Positions 1 to 11,579 of a stretch of DNA of 64,000 bases are shown piece after piece; within the stretch, counting starts at the first letter, position 1, and each line of letters starts with the position of its first letter. The notes under the pieces are model-generated. The model did not search any database and was not told the origin of the DNA. It worked only from the letters and a program-made list of their open reading frames with translations. The position numbers and the translations under genes are program-made. Origin of the DNA: Nitrospira sp. (GTDB lineage: Bacteria; Nitrospirota; Nitrospiria; Nitrospirales; Nitrospiraceae); contig SWDR01000002.1 of assembly GCA_005116815.1 (NCBI GenBank), positions 10,239 to 74,238 of the forward strand. The letters are read 5' to 3'.

Positions 1-1
1 C

Positions 2-1842
<1,841 letters not shown>

Positions 1843-1864
1843 TCTATGCGGCGTTGAATGTGAC

Positions 1865-1893
1865 TTGACACCACGGCGGATGATCACTATAAT
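1865..1893 (+). promoter_or_regulatory. Sigma70-type promoter upstream of rpsL
   Basis: TTGACA (1865-1870), exactly 17 nt spacer, TATAAT (1888-1893). Perfect consensus, about 70 nt upstream of the rpsL ATG. Confidence 0.55.
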
Positions 1894-1962
1894 CCGCGGG
1901 CTTTACACTTGAAGAGTTGAGCAGAGCAGTCAAACTGTGCTGAAGATGAGAGTGACGAACTA

Positions 1963-2334
1963 ATGCCAACGATTAATCAGTTAGTCAGAAAAGGCCGCAA
2001 GCTGGCGCATGCGAAGACGAAGAGCCCGGCGCTCAAGTCCTGCCCGCAGAAGCGCGGCGTTTGTCTCCGTGTCTACACCTCGACCCCGAAGAAGCCGAAC
2101 TCGGCGTTGCGCAAAGTTGCGCGCGTCCGTTTGACGAACGGGATGGAAGTGACGACCTATATCCCCGGTGTCGGCCACAATCTGCAAGAGCACTCCATTG
2201 TGCTCGTGCGTGGTGGCCGCGTAAAGGACTTGCCTGGTGTGCGCTATCACATCGTCAGAGGTGCCCTTGACGCGGTCGGTGTGGCGGATCGTAAGCAGAG
2301 CCGTTCGAAGTATGGGGCGAAGCGTCCTAAGTAG
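1963..2334 (+). CDS. rpsL: 30S ribosomal protein S12
   Basis: [13 protein letters not shown]...[19 protein letters not shown]...GHNLQEHS; 123 aa; follows rpoC as in the str operon. Confidence 0.97.
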   Translation: MPTINQLVRKGRKLAHAKTKSPALKSCPQKRGVCLRVYTSTPKKPNSALRKVARVRLTNGMEVTTYIPGVGHNLQEHSIVLVRGGRVKDLPGVRYHIVRGALDAVGVADRKQSRSKYGAKRPK

Positions 2335-2379
2335 AAGTAGATAGATTGTTTCAGTTGGTAACGAGAGAGTGAATGACAC

Positions 2380-2850
2380 ATGCCAAGAACTAGATTTTTA
2401 GATCAGCGCGATCCGCTCCCTGATGTGCGATACCGGGATAAGCTCGTCGGGAAGTTTTTGAATATCCTGATGTCCGGTGGCAAGAAGAGTACGGCCGAGC
2501 GCATTTGCTACGGCGCATTCGATGTCATTCAGGAAAAGACCGGTAGCGATCCGCTGAAGGTGTTTCGGACGGCGATCGATAATGTGAAGCCGGTTGTCGA
2601 GGTGAAGTCTCGTCGGGTTGGCGGTGCTTCATATCAGGTGCCGGTAGAAATTCGTCCTGCACGCAGGATGTCGCTGGCTCTCAGGTGGCTGGCGGAATAT
2701 TCGCGGACTCGCGGCGGTAAGAGCATGCGAGAGAAGCTTGCGGCTGAGTTGCTCGATGCGTCGAACAACACGGGTGCGGCGGTGAAGAAGCGGGAAGATG
2801 TGCATCGGATGGCGGAGGCCAATAAGGCGTTCGCGCATTATCGCTGGTAG
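2380..2850 (+). CDS. rpsG: 30S ribosomal protein S7
   Basis: MPRTRF...KKSTAERI...[22 protein letters not shown]...ALRWL; 156 aa. Confidence 0.97.
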   Translation: MPRTRFLDQRDPLPDVRYRDKLVGKFLNILMSGGKKSTAERICYGAFDVIQEKTGSDPLKVFRTAIDNVKPVVEVKSRRVGGASYQVPVEIRPARRMSLALRWLAEYSRTRGGKSMREKLAAELLDASNNTGAAVKKREDVHRMAEANKAFAHYRW

Positions 2851-2960
2851 GATTTTTCTGTGCTGCAGCTGGGCCGTACTGCGATCCGCCTATGCGGGTG
2901 CTTGTAGGTCGCGGTAGTTCATCGGCCATGCTTGCGGCATGTGTATTTTAGGGGATCTTC

Positions 2961-3017
2961 GTGGCACGTCAATCACCATTAGAAAAAACTCGAAACATCG
3001 GCATCATGGCTCATATT
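2961..3017 (+). pseudogene. fusA: Elongation factor G, first 19 codons only
   Basis: GTG start then MARQSPLEKTRNIGIMAHI, the canonical EF-G N-terminus up to the start of the G1 motif. The expected DAGKTT is replaced by IDCRAP-stop (ORF ends at 3038). Confidence 0.8.
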
Positions 3018-3897
3018 ATCGATTGCAGAGCCCCTTGACGAGGTCGAGCGGATCCGATTCAGTCAGAAGAGATTGAGGCGCTGTCGCGTGGGTGTGGGAA
3101 GGGCCCGCCGGCACTGAGGGAGATGGCTGTTGCGCTTCCTGCGCTGGCTTGGCCGTGAGTGTTGGCGGAGCGGCAGCTTCCGGTTCACGTCGTGGCGGCG
3201 GGGTCGGTCTGCTGGCCTCTGGCAAAGCGGCCGGTACGGGCTGCGGAGTCTGTGCCGACAGATGTGAGCCTGCTGGGGCAGCGCTAATTATCGGCTGAGG
3301 TGGCGCAGGCGATGTCGCTGCCTGAATCGGTGCCGGAGGATTCGGCAGCGGTGTGGGCACATTCGGTGCTGCGGTAACTGATGACGGATCGAGATGGGTC
3401 GTCATGGCGACGGACATGATCAGTGGCGGTGACGCGACGGGTGCTGTGTGTAGCATGGTCATCTGGACCGTGGGAATCGAGGCCGGCACGAGCGTCATCT
3501 GTGGGGGCGTGGAAATGGGGGACATGGCCGTGGTGGGTGGGAGTGGCTGGGGAGGCGCTCCTCCCTGTAGCTCATGTTTCTTGTGCTCAATCTTGGCAAT
3601 CAGGGTCTTGATCAGGGCGATGCTTTGTTGCGTCTCCTCAGGACTGTTCATGAGAAGTTTGTGCTGGCGGTGTTCTTGAAATTCCGGGGACTTCTCGCCA
3701 AAGGTGCGGCGAACACATTCACGGAACTGTAACTCTGTCCTTGCCCTGGCTGCATCCATATAGGGGAAGCCTTCTCGTCCGAGGTCTTCCACCTGTGAGA
3801 GGAATTCCTGGAGCTTTCCGGCGCCACGGGTGAGTTCTTCAACCGTGGCAGCTTTTGAGCGAGAGCGGGACTGTTCTGATGTTTTGGCGCGTGGCAT
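3016..3897 (-). CDS. Hypothetical protein with a Pro/Ala/Thr-rich low-complexity C-terminal half (3' end probably truncated at the break)
   Basis: 293-aa ORF. The N-terminal ~110 aa are helical-looking, then a long PA-rich tract. Its TAA stop (3016-3018) straddles the point where fusA homology ends. Confidence 0.5.
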   Translation of the reverse strand: MPRAKTSEQSRSRSKAATVEELTRGAGKLQEFLSQVEDLGREGFPYMDAARARTELQFRECVRRTFGEKSPEFQEHRQHKLLMNSPEETQQSIALIKTLIAKIEHKKHELQGGAPPQPLPPTTAMSPISTPPQMTLVPASIPTVQMTMLHTAPVASPPLIMSVAMTTHLDPSSVTAAPNVPTPLPNPPAPIQAATSPAPPQPIISAAPAGSHLSAQTPQPVPAALPEASRPTPPPRREPEAAAPPTLTAKPAQEAQQPSPSVPAGPSHTHATAPQSLLTESDPLDLVKGLCNR

Positions 3898-4040
3898 GAG
3901 TGTGGAGAAAGTCTAGCCCAGCCTCCACAACTCGGCAAGAAAACATGGGAAAGTGAACAGGTCCGTTGGACGTCTGGTGAGGCAGGAAGTTGGTTCGTTT
4001 CACTGATAGCGATGGTGAGGAGACACTGGCGAGGGTGATT

Positions 4041-4117
<77 letters not shown>

Positions 4118-4253
4118 AACGGGGGCTACGATACTTCAGGAATCGAGGAAAGTCTAGCGGGGAGTACGGTGACAGATGTTTGGCTCCAAGAGGATTCCGT
4201 GAAAATTTATCTGGGTTTGGAGGGTCGCGATTGAGCTGCCACGGAACGAATGG

Positions 4254-4760
4254 TCAGCCATACCATCGAACGTCTTGCTTGGCAATCGACGCGCCGGCGG
4301 ACTCGTCGTATGAAAGCGGTGCCGCTGAGAGCACCTCATGGACCAGTTGCATGAGGGTTTCAACGGAAAATGGTTTTTGGAGAAAAGGGACGTGATCGGT
4401 GGTGATGCGATAGGCCTTGCGATCTGTTTCAGACAAGCTCGACATCAAAATCACCCGGAGCGTCTTCTTCATGGCCAGGGTTCGTTGGATGATTTCGTGA
4501 CCATGGACCCGCGGATAGGGATTTTTGGTGGAGGCAAACTCAAGACCTGGCGGTGGGAGCATCAGATCGGTTACGAGTAAATCGATCGGCTCTGTATGGG
4601 TGGCTAAGATTTTTAAGGATTCTGAGCTGCCCTCCGCTTCGAGGACTGTAAATCCCTCGGTTCGGAGGGTCTTCACGCAGATCAGGCGCATTGATGGGTC
4701 GTCGTCAACGATCAGAATTGTCTTGGCGGTGGATGGGGGCATAGGTGCTTGTTTCTCCAT
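4254..4760 (-). CDS. Single-domain response regulator (CheY-like receiver)
   Basis: ILIVDDDPSMR...DLLVTDLMLP...FLQKPF: acidic pocket, phospho-acceptor Asp and conserved Lys are present; 168 aa. Confidence 0.8.
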   Translation of the reverse strand: MEKQAPMPPSTAKTILIVDDDPSMRLICVKTLRTEGFTVLEAEGSSESLKILATHTEPIDLLVTDLMLPPPGLEFASTKNPYPRVHGHEIIQRTLAMKKTLRVILMSSLSETDRKAYRITTDHVPFLQKPFSVETLMQLVHEVLSAAPLSYDESAGASIAKQDVRWYG

Positions 4761-4995
4761 GAGGGCCTCCGGGCGCGGTCAGCCGCCGAACGGGCTGAGC
4801 CTCCCGTCGTATCTGTAGGCAGTGGATGCTCCACGTCTCTATCGGTCTTGCTCCGGGGAAACTTGAACGGGTAGGCAGGGTGGTCTTCCGAGTAAAGAGA
4901 TCTGGCCCTGGCCTCTTTCTGTGTGATTAGGTGCTGGTAGGTGTGAGACCGCTGGGAGCGGTGGCGTTGAGGGAGAGAGACGTGATCGTCTCCGA

Positions 4996-6369
4996 CTATG
5001 GTGTCGCCGGAGTCTTCCCGATTTTTTGCGCGAAGAGATCGCTCTTTGCCGGAACTTGCGTGAGCAGGTCGGCGCGAATCTGAAAGATGCCAGGGATCCG
5101 TTGTCCCATGGCATAGGCCAATCCGTTGGCATGGCTTCCGATTGAGAGCTTTCCCGCAATCTTTCCATCACGCCCTGTGGCGATGAATTCCGCTGCCGGT
5201 GCCACGAGCCCATAGGGCGCCAACGGTCCGGCTTGTTTAATGACCCGTTCTTCGGCCGGCACATTCGCGACACGGCTGACAAAGAGATCGGTGGCCTGTT
5301 GGTCCAATGGTTCAGGCCGATCTTCCATGACCCATTCTTTTTGTTGATTGATCAAGACATAGTGTTCGGTTGCGGTTTTCACCGAGAGCATGGCGATGTC
5401 CGTGTAATCGATGCCGAGTAGCCGTTTGTCTTGGAACGTAAAGAGTTCCTTGGTCAGATCTTTGATTGCGGTGGGATTGATGCGGTAGAGCGGGCCAGTA
5501 GGGGTCGTCTCCGCAAAGGCTTCGCCGCTGGCTAGGTCCGGTTGGTAGAGCTTGATCGTTTGATCCCCCTCGGCGGTATGGATAGCAACTTTGACTTTAG
5601 GGACGGTGAGTGTATTAGCCAAAGCGTCGCGTTCGGGGCCCGGATCGACGATGCCCAATGCTTTGAGGTCTTCGAGTCTGAACAACAGGGTCCGCACCTC
5701 TGTTTGATCGGCTTCTGCTTCAATCGGGTAACGCAGCCTCCATTTGCTCTTGGGTTTCTCCTGCGTCTGATAGAGCGCGACTTCTGTGGTCGGGTAGGTG
5801 AGGCGGATCTGTTCGACATCGCCTTGTGAGAGGCGTAAGAGGTCTTTGCGTCGAAACGTCATCAAGGTTTTGTTGACGAAGTCTTTGGGGGCCAGATTGG
5901 TGAGCAGGACTTTGCGATCCGATTCCCGCAGGACGTAGAGCGTCGAGGAGAGAGGTCCGCTATCTCCGATGGAGAGTGTCTCCTGTTCGGTGCCGGCCAT
6001 GATGGTAATGGTGGTGATCGGGTCGTCGAGCCCATAGGGGGTCAAATTCGCCGGGCGGTCTTCGACGATACGGCTCACGGCACCGGTGACTAAGGCTCTG
6101 ATGAGATTCTGCAGTTCCCGCTGATCCGCGTCAGTTTTGAGGGGCGCGGTCATCATCCAGCCCTTCTCAGGAGTCCTGGCAAAGACGAGTTCGTGCCGGT
6201 CGGTTTTGACTGTGAGTCCTGTGAGCGTTTGTTGGTCAAGGAGCAGGACTTTCTTGTCGGCGGTCTCTTGCTGCTCGTGCGATTCTTGCTGGGGGAGCTC
6301 GACGGTATAGAGGTAGAGGCCGAGCCCAGCCAATACGAGTGCCATGACGAGTGTGGGCCAGTAACGCAT
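4996..6369 (-). CDS. DUF4340-like membrane-anchored protein (accessory to the GldG-type ABC system)
   Basis: 457 aa with an N-terminal TM helix (MRYWPTLVMALVLAGLGLYLY). Lies immediately downstream of the GldG-like gene, the arrangement typical of DUF4340. Confidence 0.6.
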   Translation of the reverse strand: MRYWPTLVMALVLAGLGLYLYTVELPQQESHEQQETADKKVLLLDQQTLTGLTVKTDRHELVFARTPEKGWMMTAPLKTDADQRELQNLIRALVTGAVSRIVEDRPANLTPYGLDDPITTITIMAGTEQETLSIGDSGPLSSTLYVLRESDRKVLLTNLAPKDFVNKTLMTFRRKDLLRLSQGDVEQIRLTYPTTEVALYQTQEKPKSKWRLRYPIEAEADQTEVRTLLFRLEDLKALGIVDPGPERDALANTLTVPKVKVAIHTAEGDQTIKLYQPDLASGEAFAETTPTGPLYRINPTAIKDLTKELFTFQDKRLLGIDYTDIAMLSVKTATEHYVLINQQKEWVMEDRPEPLDQQATDLFVSRVANVPAEERVIKQAGPLAPYGLVAPAAEFIATGRDGKIAGKLSIGSHANGLAYAMGQRIPGIFQIRADLLTQVPAKSDLFAQKIGKTPATP

Positions 6370-6373
6370 GCGT

Positions 6374-7903
6374 CTATAGGCGTCGGCGTTTGCGCCAGAC
6401 CATGATGCCGGCGATAAACATGGTGGCCGGCAGGAGGATGACTTGCAGGTAGAGTAGGGCTCGTTCCTGTAACGGATTGGGTGTAAACGGTCGAAGCGCG
6501 GAATCTTTCGGGGCGATCGCCATCATGTTCCGTTCTTCAGCCAACCATCCAGCCGTATGGAGGAAAAAATCGCTGTTGCCGGGAAAGTTCACAAAGGCAT
6601 TGGTCGCAAACGTGGAATTGCCGATGACCACGATGGCTGGACGGGGTTTGCCTTCTTCCGGTATGACTTTTGGCGTAAGGGCCGCAGCCATCGGCAGGGG
6701 GCCTTTGATGTCTTCCTTCTCATTGAGGTTGACGACACGGCCCTTCAAGTCGGTTTCTGCCCAACTATTCGGCGATGTGCGGGCGAGCGGCACGTAGTCC
6801 CATGCCGCGCCAACCTGCTCGTCGAACGTGATATGCCGTGCGAGTGGAAAGAGCACGGCTGCGGAGAGGTCCTGCGTAATTTCATGTTCGGTGAACGTGC
6901 GGACTAACAGGGATGTGAGGTCGCCTTGGGCCAATCGATCTTGTAAGTCGACTAGGGATCCAGGGCCGACTCCCATGCCCCACCGTTTGAGCAAGGGGTT
7001 CAGGTCGGCTTGCGTATTCGGATCGAGGAGCAGCAGCAGATGACCGCCTTTCTCCACATAACTATGAATGCGTTCTTGCTCTTCGATGATCACAGGACGA
7101 CGGGGGCCGGCTACGACGAGGATGGCGGTGTGATCCGGGACGGCGGTCTCTTTCAGCAGGCTGACGGTGCCTACGTCGTATCCCTGTTTGACCAGGATTT
7201 CTCTGGCGGCAGACAGCCCGGTTCGCTCCCGATCGTCGAGGCTCGGTTCACCGTGCCCTTCGAGAAAGAGGACGCGCTTCTTACTGTCTTGAGACACGCG
7301 GATAAACGCTCCGGTCAGTTCGACCTCCGAGGGAGAAGTGATACGAACGGTGTGCCCGCCGCTTTCGAATACGGCTGTGTCGGTCCTGGAAATGCCATAG
7401 GTTTGAGCAATTTTCGGCTGCCGTTCCGGGTCGACGAACTCCACGGTAATCTTCGAGCTGGCCTGCCGATAACTATCGAGCCGTTCCTTGTAGGATTGGT
7501 ACCCGGGGTCTTTCTCTCTGGTGAACACGGTGACGAGCACTTCGCGCGGGAGATTTCTGAGCACGCGATGTGTTTGCGGGGAGAGGGAGAAGTTCTGGTT
7601 TTCCGACAGGTCCCAACGGATTGAATGACGGGCCGCAAGAAAGTTCACGATGGCGAGGATGCTGATGAAGAGAAGGATCATCAACAGGCTGTTGGCGCCC
7701 ATGCGTGTCGAACGACGAGTGGAGAAGGCTTTCAGGCTGCCGAAATGGACGGCACCGAAGAGGATGAGACAGAGCAGTGCCGATCCCTCCATGAGGGTGA
7801 CGAGCCAGAGTTTCTCCGGAGCGAGGCTGTAGCCGACCGCGCCGGCCACGGCCAGGGCTATTCCGACTACGCCAAGTGGAATCGTCTTGAGGTTCATTTC
7901 CAT
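6374..7903 (-). CDS. GldG-like ABC-transporter auxiliary protein
   Basis: Start chosen at MEMNLKT (ATG 7903). It overlaps the upstream permease stop by 10 nt. TM-rich N-terminus and a C-terminal TM plus RKRRRL tail. The 618-aa ORF-track version adds an Arg/Pro-rich extension that lies inside the permease gene. Confidence 0.7.
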   Translation of the reverse strand: MEMNLKTIPLGVVGIALAVAGAVGYSLAPEKLWLVTLMEGSALLCLILFGAVHFGSLKAFSTRRSTRMGANSLLMILLFISILAIVNFLAARHSIRWDLSENQNFSLSPQTHRVLRNLPREVLVTVFTREKDPGYQSYKERLDSYRQASSKITVEFVDPERQPKIAQTYGISRTDTAVFESGGHTVRITSPSEVELTGAFIRVSQDSKKRVLFLEGHGEPSLDDRERTGLSAAREILVKQGYDVGTVSLLKETAVPDHTAILVVAGPRRPVIIEEQERIHSYVEKGGHLLLLLDPNTQADLNPLLKRWGMGVGPGSLVDLQDRLAQGDLTSLLVRTFTEHEITQDLSAAVLFPLARHITFDEQVGAAWDYVPLARTSPNSWAETDLKGRVVNLNEKEDIKGPLPMAAALTPKVIPEEGKPRPAIVVIGNSTFATNAFVNFPGNSDFFLHTAGWLAEERNMMAIAPKDSALRPFTPNPLQERALLYLQVILLPATMFIAGIMVWRKRRRL

Positions 7904-8661
7904 CGTGATGAATCCACGACTCGGTGAGACAGAAAGAGCATCAAGGCGAGGCCGCTGAAAAAGTAGACGAGGTCTTTCGTGTCGACCAATCCACGGACTA
8001 AATGGTCGTAATGTTCCATGAATGACAGGTATGAGATGGCCTGCCCGATGGCCGTTTCCCCGAGGAGTGAGCCGACGCCGGCGAGAAGCCAGAGGACCAG
8101 TAACAGGCCAAAGCTCACGAAGGCCGCGACGATCTGGTTTTCGGTCAGGGCCGAGGCCAGGACGCCGACGGAGAGAAAGAGGGCGCCAAGCAAGACCAGA
8201 CCTAGGTAGCCAGTCAGCACGGGGTACCAATCGAAGTCGCAGAAGAGCGCGAGGACAAGTGGCATGAGCCCGGTCAGTCCGAGCAACCCCAAAAAGACAA
8301 GGAAGACACTCATGAACTTGCCGATGACAATTTCGTTGATGCCGATCGGTGAGGTCAATAAGAATTCAAAGGTGCGAAGTTTGCGTTCTTCGGCGAAGAG
8401 CCGCATCGTCAGGATTGGCAGAATAATCAGCAGGATAAATCGCACGCTGGAGAACAGATTCCGGAAGACCAAGTCGTTCAGATTGATTTGGGCTGTTCCC
8501 TGCATTTGCATCAGCTGAATCGCTTGGGCTCCGGCAAAGACAATGTAGAGATAGGCGAGCAGTCCTACAATCAAGAGAAACACCGCCCCCACCACATACA
8601 CGACGGGTGAGACGAAATAGGAGCGCAGCTCTTTGGCGATGATAGCTTGGACTGGTGTCAT
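7894..8661 (-). CDS. ABC-2 family transporter permease (GldF-like)
   Basis: 255 aa with six predicted TM segments. MTPVQAIIAKELRSYFVSPVVYV is a typical ABC-2 N-terminus. Confidence 0.8.
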   Translation of the reverse strand: MTPVQAIIAKELRSYFVSPVVYVVGAVFLLIVGLLAYLYIVFAGAQAIQLMQMQGTAQINLNDLVFRNLFSSVRFILLIILPILTMRLFAEERKLRTFEFLLTSPIGINEIVIGKFMSVFLVFLGLLGLTGLMPLVLALFCDFDWYPVLTGYLGLVLLGALFLSVGVLASALTENQIVAAFVSFGLLLVLWLLAGVGSLLGETAIGQAISYLSFMEHYDHLVRGLVDTKDLVYFFSGLALMLFLSHRVVDSSRWK

Positions 8662-9638
8662 GCTGGCTGGCCTGTCGGTTCTGCTGCGGCAACCACTGCG
8701 CCCTGTGGGAGGCCTGTTTCGTCTCTTGTCAATTGGAGGAAGACGTCTTCCAATGTCATCGAGATGGCTTTCAACTCAAGCAGTCCCCATCCGCTGGTGA
8801 CTGCCAGCCGAGCCACCTCTTCCCTTGCATCTCGGCCCAGTTCGCATTCGAGAAGAAAGGTGCCGGGGATGCCGCTCGCAAACACGTTCTGGACCCCTTG
8901 AACGGCCTTCAGGCGGCTGTCGGTATCCGCAGCGGGAGATTTGAGCGTGAGTGAGATTTTTTCCGACTGGCGTAACCGCGCAGAGAGTTGGTCCGGCGTG
9001 TCTTCAGCCACGATTCGTCCGCCGCTGATGATGACGACGCGCTGGCACACGGCGGTGGCTTCGGGGAGAATGTGGGTGCTGAGAATCACGGAATGAGAGC
9101 CGGCCAGATTCTTGATCAACTCCCTGATCTCGATGATTTGTTTCGGGTCGAGTCCGACGGTTGGCTCGTCCAGGATTAAGACTTGAGGGTCATGGAGCAA
9201 CGCTTGGGCTAAGCCGACGCGCTGTCGATAGCCGCGGGACAGATTGCCGATGAGCCGGTGCTGCACCGTGCCGAGGCCGAGCCGCTCGATTTCGCGTTGC
9301 ATGGATGAGGTGAGCGTTTTTCCGGTCAGACCACGGAGGCGTCCGACAAACTGAAGATATTCAGTGACGGTCAATTCGAGGTAGACCGGGGGGGTCTCCG
9401 GCAAGTAGCCGATCCGGCGTTTCACTTCGAGTGGCTGGTCTGCACAGTCGAACCCTGCCACTCGTGCCGTCCCCTCGGTAGCCGGCATGAAGCAGGTGAG
9501 GATGCGCATGGTGGTCGTTTTTCCTGCCCCATTGGGACCCAGGAACGCCAACACCTCGCCTTTTGCGACAGAAAAACTGACCCGATCGATCGCGGTATGG
9601 TGGCCATACCGCTTCGTGATCTGTTGGACTTCAATCAT
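8658..9638 (-). CDS. ABC transporter ATP-binding protein (GldA-like)
   Basis: Start at MIEVQQITKRYG. Walker A GPNGAGKTT, signature LSRGYRQR, Walker B LILDEPTVGLD. Confidence 0.9.
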   Translation of the reverse strand: MIEVQQITKRYGHHTAIDRVSFSVAKGEVLAFLGPNGAGKTTTMRILTCFMPATEGTARVAGFDCADQPLEVKRRIGYLPETPPVYLELTVTEYLQFVGRLRGLTGKTLTSSMQREIERLGLGTVQHRLIGNLSRGYRQRVGLAQALLHDPQVLILDEPTVGLDPKQIIEIRELIKNLAGSHSVILSTHILPEATAVCQRVVIISGGRIVAEDTPDQLSARLRQSEKISLTLKSPAADTDSRLKAVQGVQNVFASGIPGTFLLECELGRDAREEVARLAVTSGWGLLELKAISMTLEDVFLQLTRDETGLPQGAVVAAAEPTGQPA

Positions 9639-9860
9639 ATGCGCTGACGTGGATCGTGTGAGTTTGGGGCGCACAGCCGGCGGGTTGTGCATTCGCAACC
9701 GAACAGGCAACAGGTCGGCATCTTACTCAGTCGGATTGGGGCAGTCAATATCGGGCTTTGCCGTCTGTAACTTTACAGGTTTTCGCCATCCTGTTAGAGT
9801 CCGCGCGCGTACGAGTCTGTTTGCTAGATGGGATTGAACCATGACCTGGGTGCGATAAGC

Positions 9861-10184
9861 ATGAGGGGACTATTCGCCGTTGTTGCGTTGGTGCTGTTCG
9901 TCTGTCTGCCGGTCGAGAGTCGGGCAGCCGATGGGCGCAGCTATCGGGTTCATGGCCAGGTCGTGGCGGTAAACGTTGTACAGACTCCGCACACGATTGT
10001 CGTCAAGACACCCTTGAGTAAGCACAACGATATGACCGTGGGGGCCCGGGTGACAGGTCAAACCAAGGTGACCCGAAAGGGGAAGCGGGTTGGGCTTCAG
10101 ACCATTCGAGTGGGTGAAGCGGTGTGGTTGACCTATGTGAAGCAGCGGGATGGGGTATTTGCTCAGGTCATCCAGGTTCAATAA
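9861..10184 (+). CDS. Small secreted hypothetical protein
   Basis: MRGLFAVVALVLFVCLPVESRA signal-like N-terminus followed by beta-rich sequence; 107 aa. Confidence 0.45.
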   Translation: MRGLFAVVALVLFVCLPVESRAADGRSYRVHGQVVAVNVVQTPHTIVVKTPLSKHNDMTVGARVTGQTKVTRKGKRVGLQTIRVGEAVWLTYVKQRDGVFAQVIQVQ

Positions 10185-10528
10185 CGTTTTGGGTATACCT
10201 CGCCAGCCAAGCAGCCCGTGATGCCCTGACGGGGGGCAGTCCGAATGGTTCTGTCCGAATCCTAGATACGGTCGCATCTCGTCCATCCTAGTTCGGGCCG
10301 ATGTGGGTTGACTGTTGCACGTATTTTCTTCTATATGGACGGAGTCGTTTAGCCGCCAAAGCTTGGACGTCGGTTCTTTTTTGAACAATCCATCTTCGAT
10401 TTTTCCATCCTTCTTCATCCAAATGTAGGGGGTAGGGGTACGCTCTCGGTATTGTTGGACTGCCGGTTGGACCGTAAGGTGAGGGTACACAGGCGAGGGT
10501 CTGTGGGACAGTTGGTTCAACCTGGTAT

Positions 10529-11209
10529 ATGAGGTCTTCGATGATCGATCACATGAGTGGAAATAGCCGGCAGTTGTTGGGGGCGATGAGTCTTAGCCTG
10601 GGGATGCTTCTGGGAGCTTGCTCGTGGGTTCCTACGGGGGTGTCTCACTTGGACGTGGGGGCTGAAGATCGTGGCGTGGCGTCCTGGTATGGCGAGTCGT
10701 TTCATGGCAAGCAAGCGGCGAACGGGGAACTGTTCGATATGGATGGTCTGACTGCAGCCCATCGGACCCTTCCGCTCGGCAGTGTGGTTCGGGTGGTGAA
10801 CTTAGTGAACGGGAAGCACGTTCATGTCCGTATTACGGACCGTGGCCCCTATGTCAATGGGCGGATCCTCGATCTTTCACGAGGCGCCGCAGCTCGGATA
10901 GGGATGTTGGCAGAGGGTCTCTCCGTGGTCCGGGTGCAGTTGGTTGGAGAACGCCGGCCAGTGGCGTTACTCTCGTCAGAAGCGAGGGAGACGGTCTCGA
11001 CATCGCTTCTTCTTGGACGTGAGCAGCTCGGTCAGGAGGCGCTAGCGTTCCCTGCATTACCGTGGGGGCAGTCGGCCCCTCTTCTCGTCTATCCTGTTCG
11101 GCTCTCTCCTGGCGATATCTGGGTCTCGCGGCGCGCGCGGCGGTTGACGGGGCTACAGGCAGCCGATCATACCGACCATACCGAGGTGGCGACGGTCATC
11201 TTTTCCTAG
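10529..11209 (+). CDS. rlpA: RlpA-like lipoprotein (DPBB domain, septal-ring lytic transglycosylase family)
   Basis: Lipobox LLGAC. GVASWYGESFHGKQAANGELFDMDGLTAAHRTLPLGSVVRVVNLVNGKHVHVRITDRGPY matches the RlpA double-psi beta-barrel signature. Confidence 0.85.
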   Translation: MRSSMIDHMSGNSRQLLGAMSLSLGMLLGACSWVPTGVSHLDVGAEDRGVASWYGESFHGKQAANGELFDMDGLTAAHRTLPLGSVVRVVNLVNGKHVHVRITDRGPYVNGRILDLSRGAAARIGMLAEGLSVVRVQLVGERRPVALLSSEARETVSTSLLLGREQLGQEALAFPALPWGQSAPLLVYPVRLSPGDIWVSRRARRLTGLQAADHTDHTEVATVIFS

Positions 11210-11225
11210 GTCTGTCGCCTGCCGG

Positions 11226-11255
11226 TTGACAGGGCGTGAAGCTCTCCACTAGACT
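11226..11255 (+). promoter_or_regulatory. Sigma70-like promoter
   Basis: TTGACA (11226-11231), 18 nt spacer, TAGACT (11250-11255), upstream of the Lys-rich small ORF. Confidence 0.3.
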
Positions 11256-11322
11256 GCCGACTCCCGGTGGGAACTGGGAAGTAATTTAGATCAATTTGGT
11301 ATACATGGAGGCCCGAATCCGG

Positions 11323-11529
11323 ATGGCGAAGAAAACGGCGACTGAATCGGACGAAACCAGGCTCAAGAAGAAGGTGGCGGAGAAATTAACCGGCCACAAA
11401 AATCCTAAAGAGGACGAAGCGCTTCGTTCGTTGAAGAAGCGGCTGCGGCGGACGCAACGCAAACGGCGCACGGTCACGTTACGCAAAAAGAATTCGGCGA
11501 GCAAGAAAACAGCCGCTCCCGCAAAGTAA
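11323..11529 (+). CDS. Small highly basic (Lys/Arg-rich) hypothetical protein
   Basis: MAKKTATESDETRLKKKVAEKL...RKRRTVTLRKKNSASKK. GGAGG lies 9 nt upstream of the ATG. Confidence 0.4.
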   Translation: MAKKTATESDETRLKKKVAEKLTGHKNPKEDEALRSLKKRLRRTQRKRRTVTLRKKNSASKKTAAPAK

Positions 11530-11579
11530 TATCCTGGCTTGGGCCGGTGATGGGCGAGTGAATTATTAAGGTAGTACCT

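Noticed and set aside
7904-8230. 109-codon 5' extension of the GldG-like ORF (the 618-aa version in the ORF track).
   Set aside because: The extension is Arg/Pro-rich and lies entirely within the ABC-2 permease gene. An ATG at 7903 gives a normal TM-containing N-terminus with the usual short overlap.
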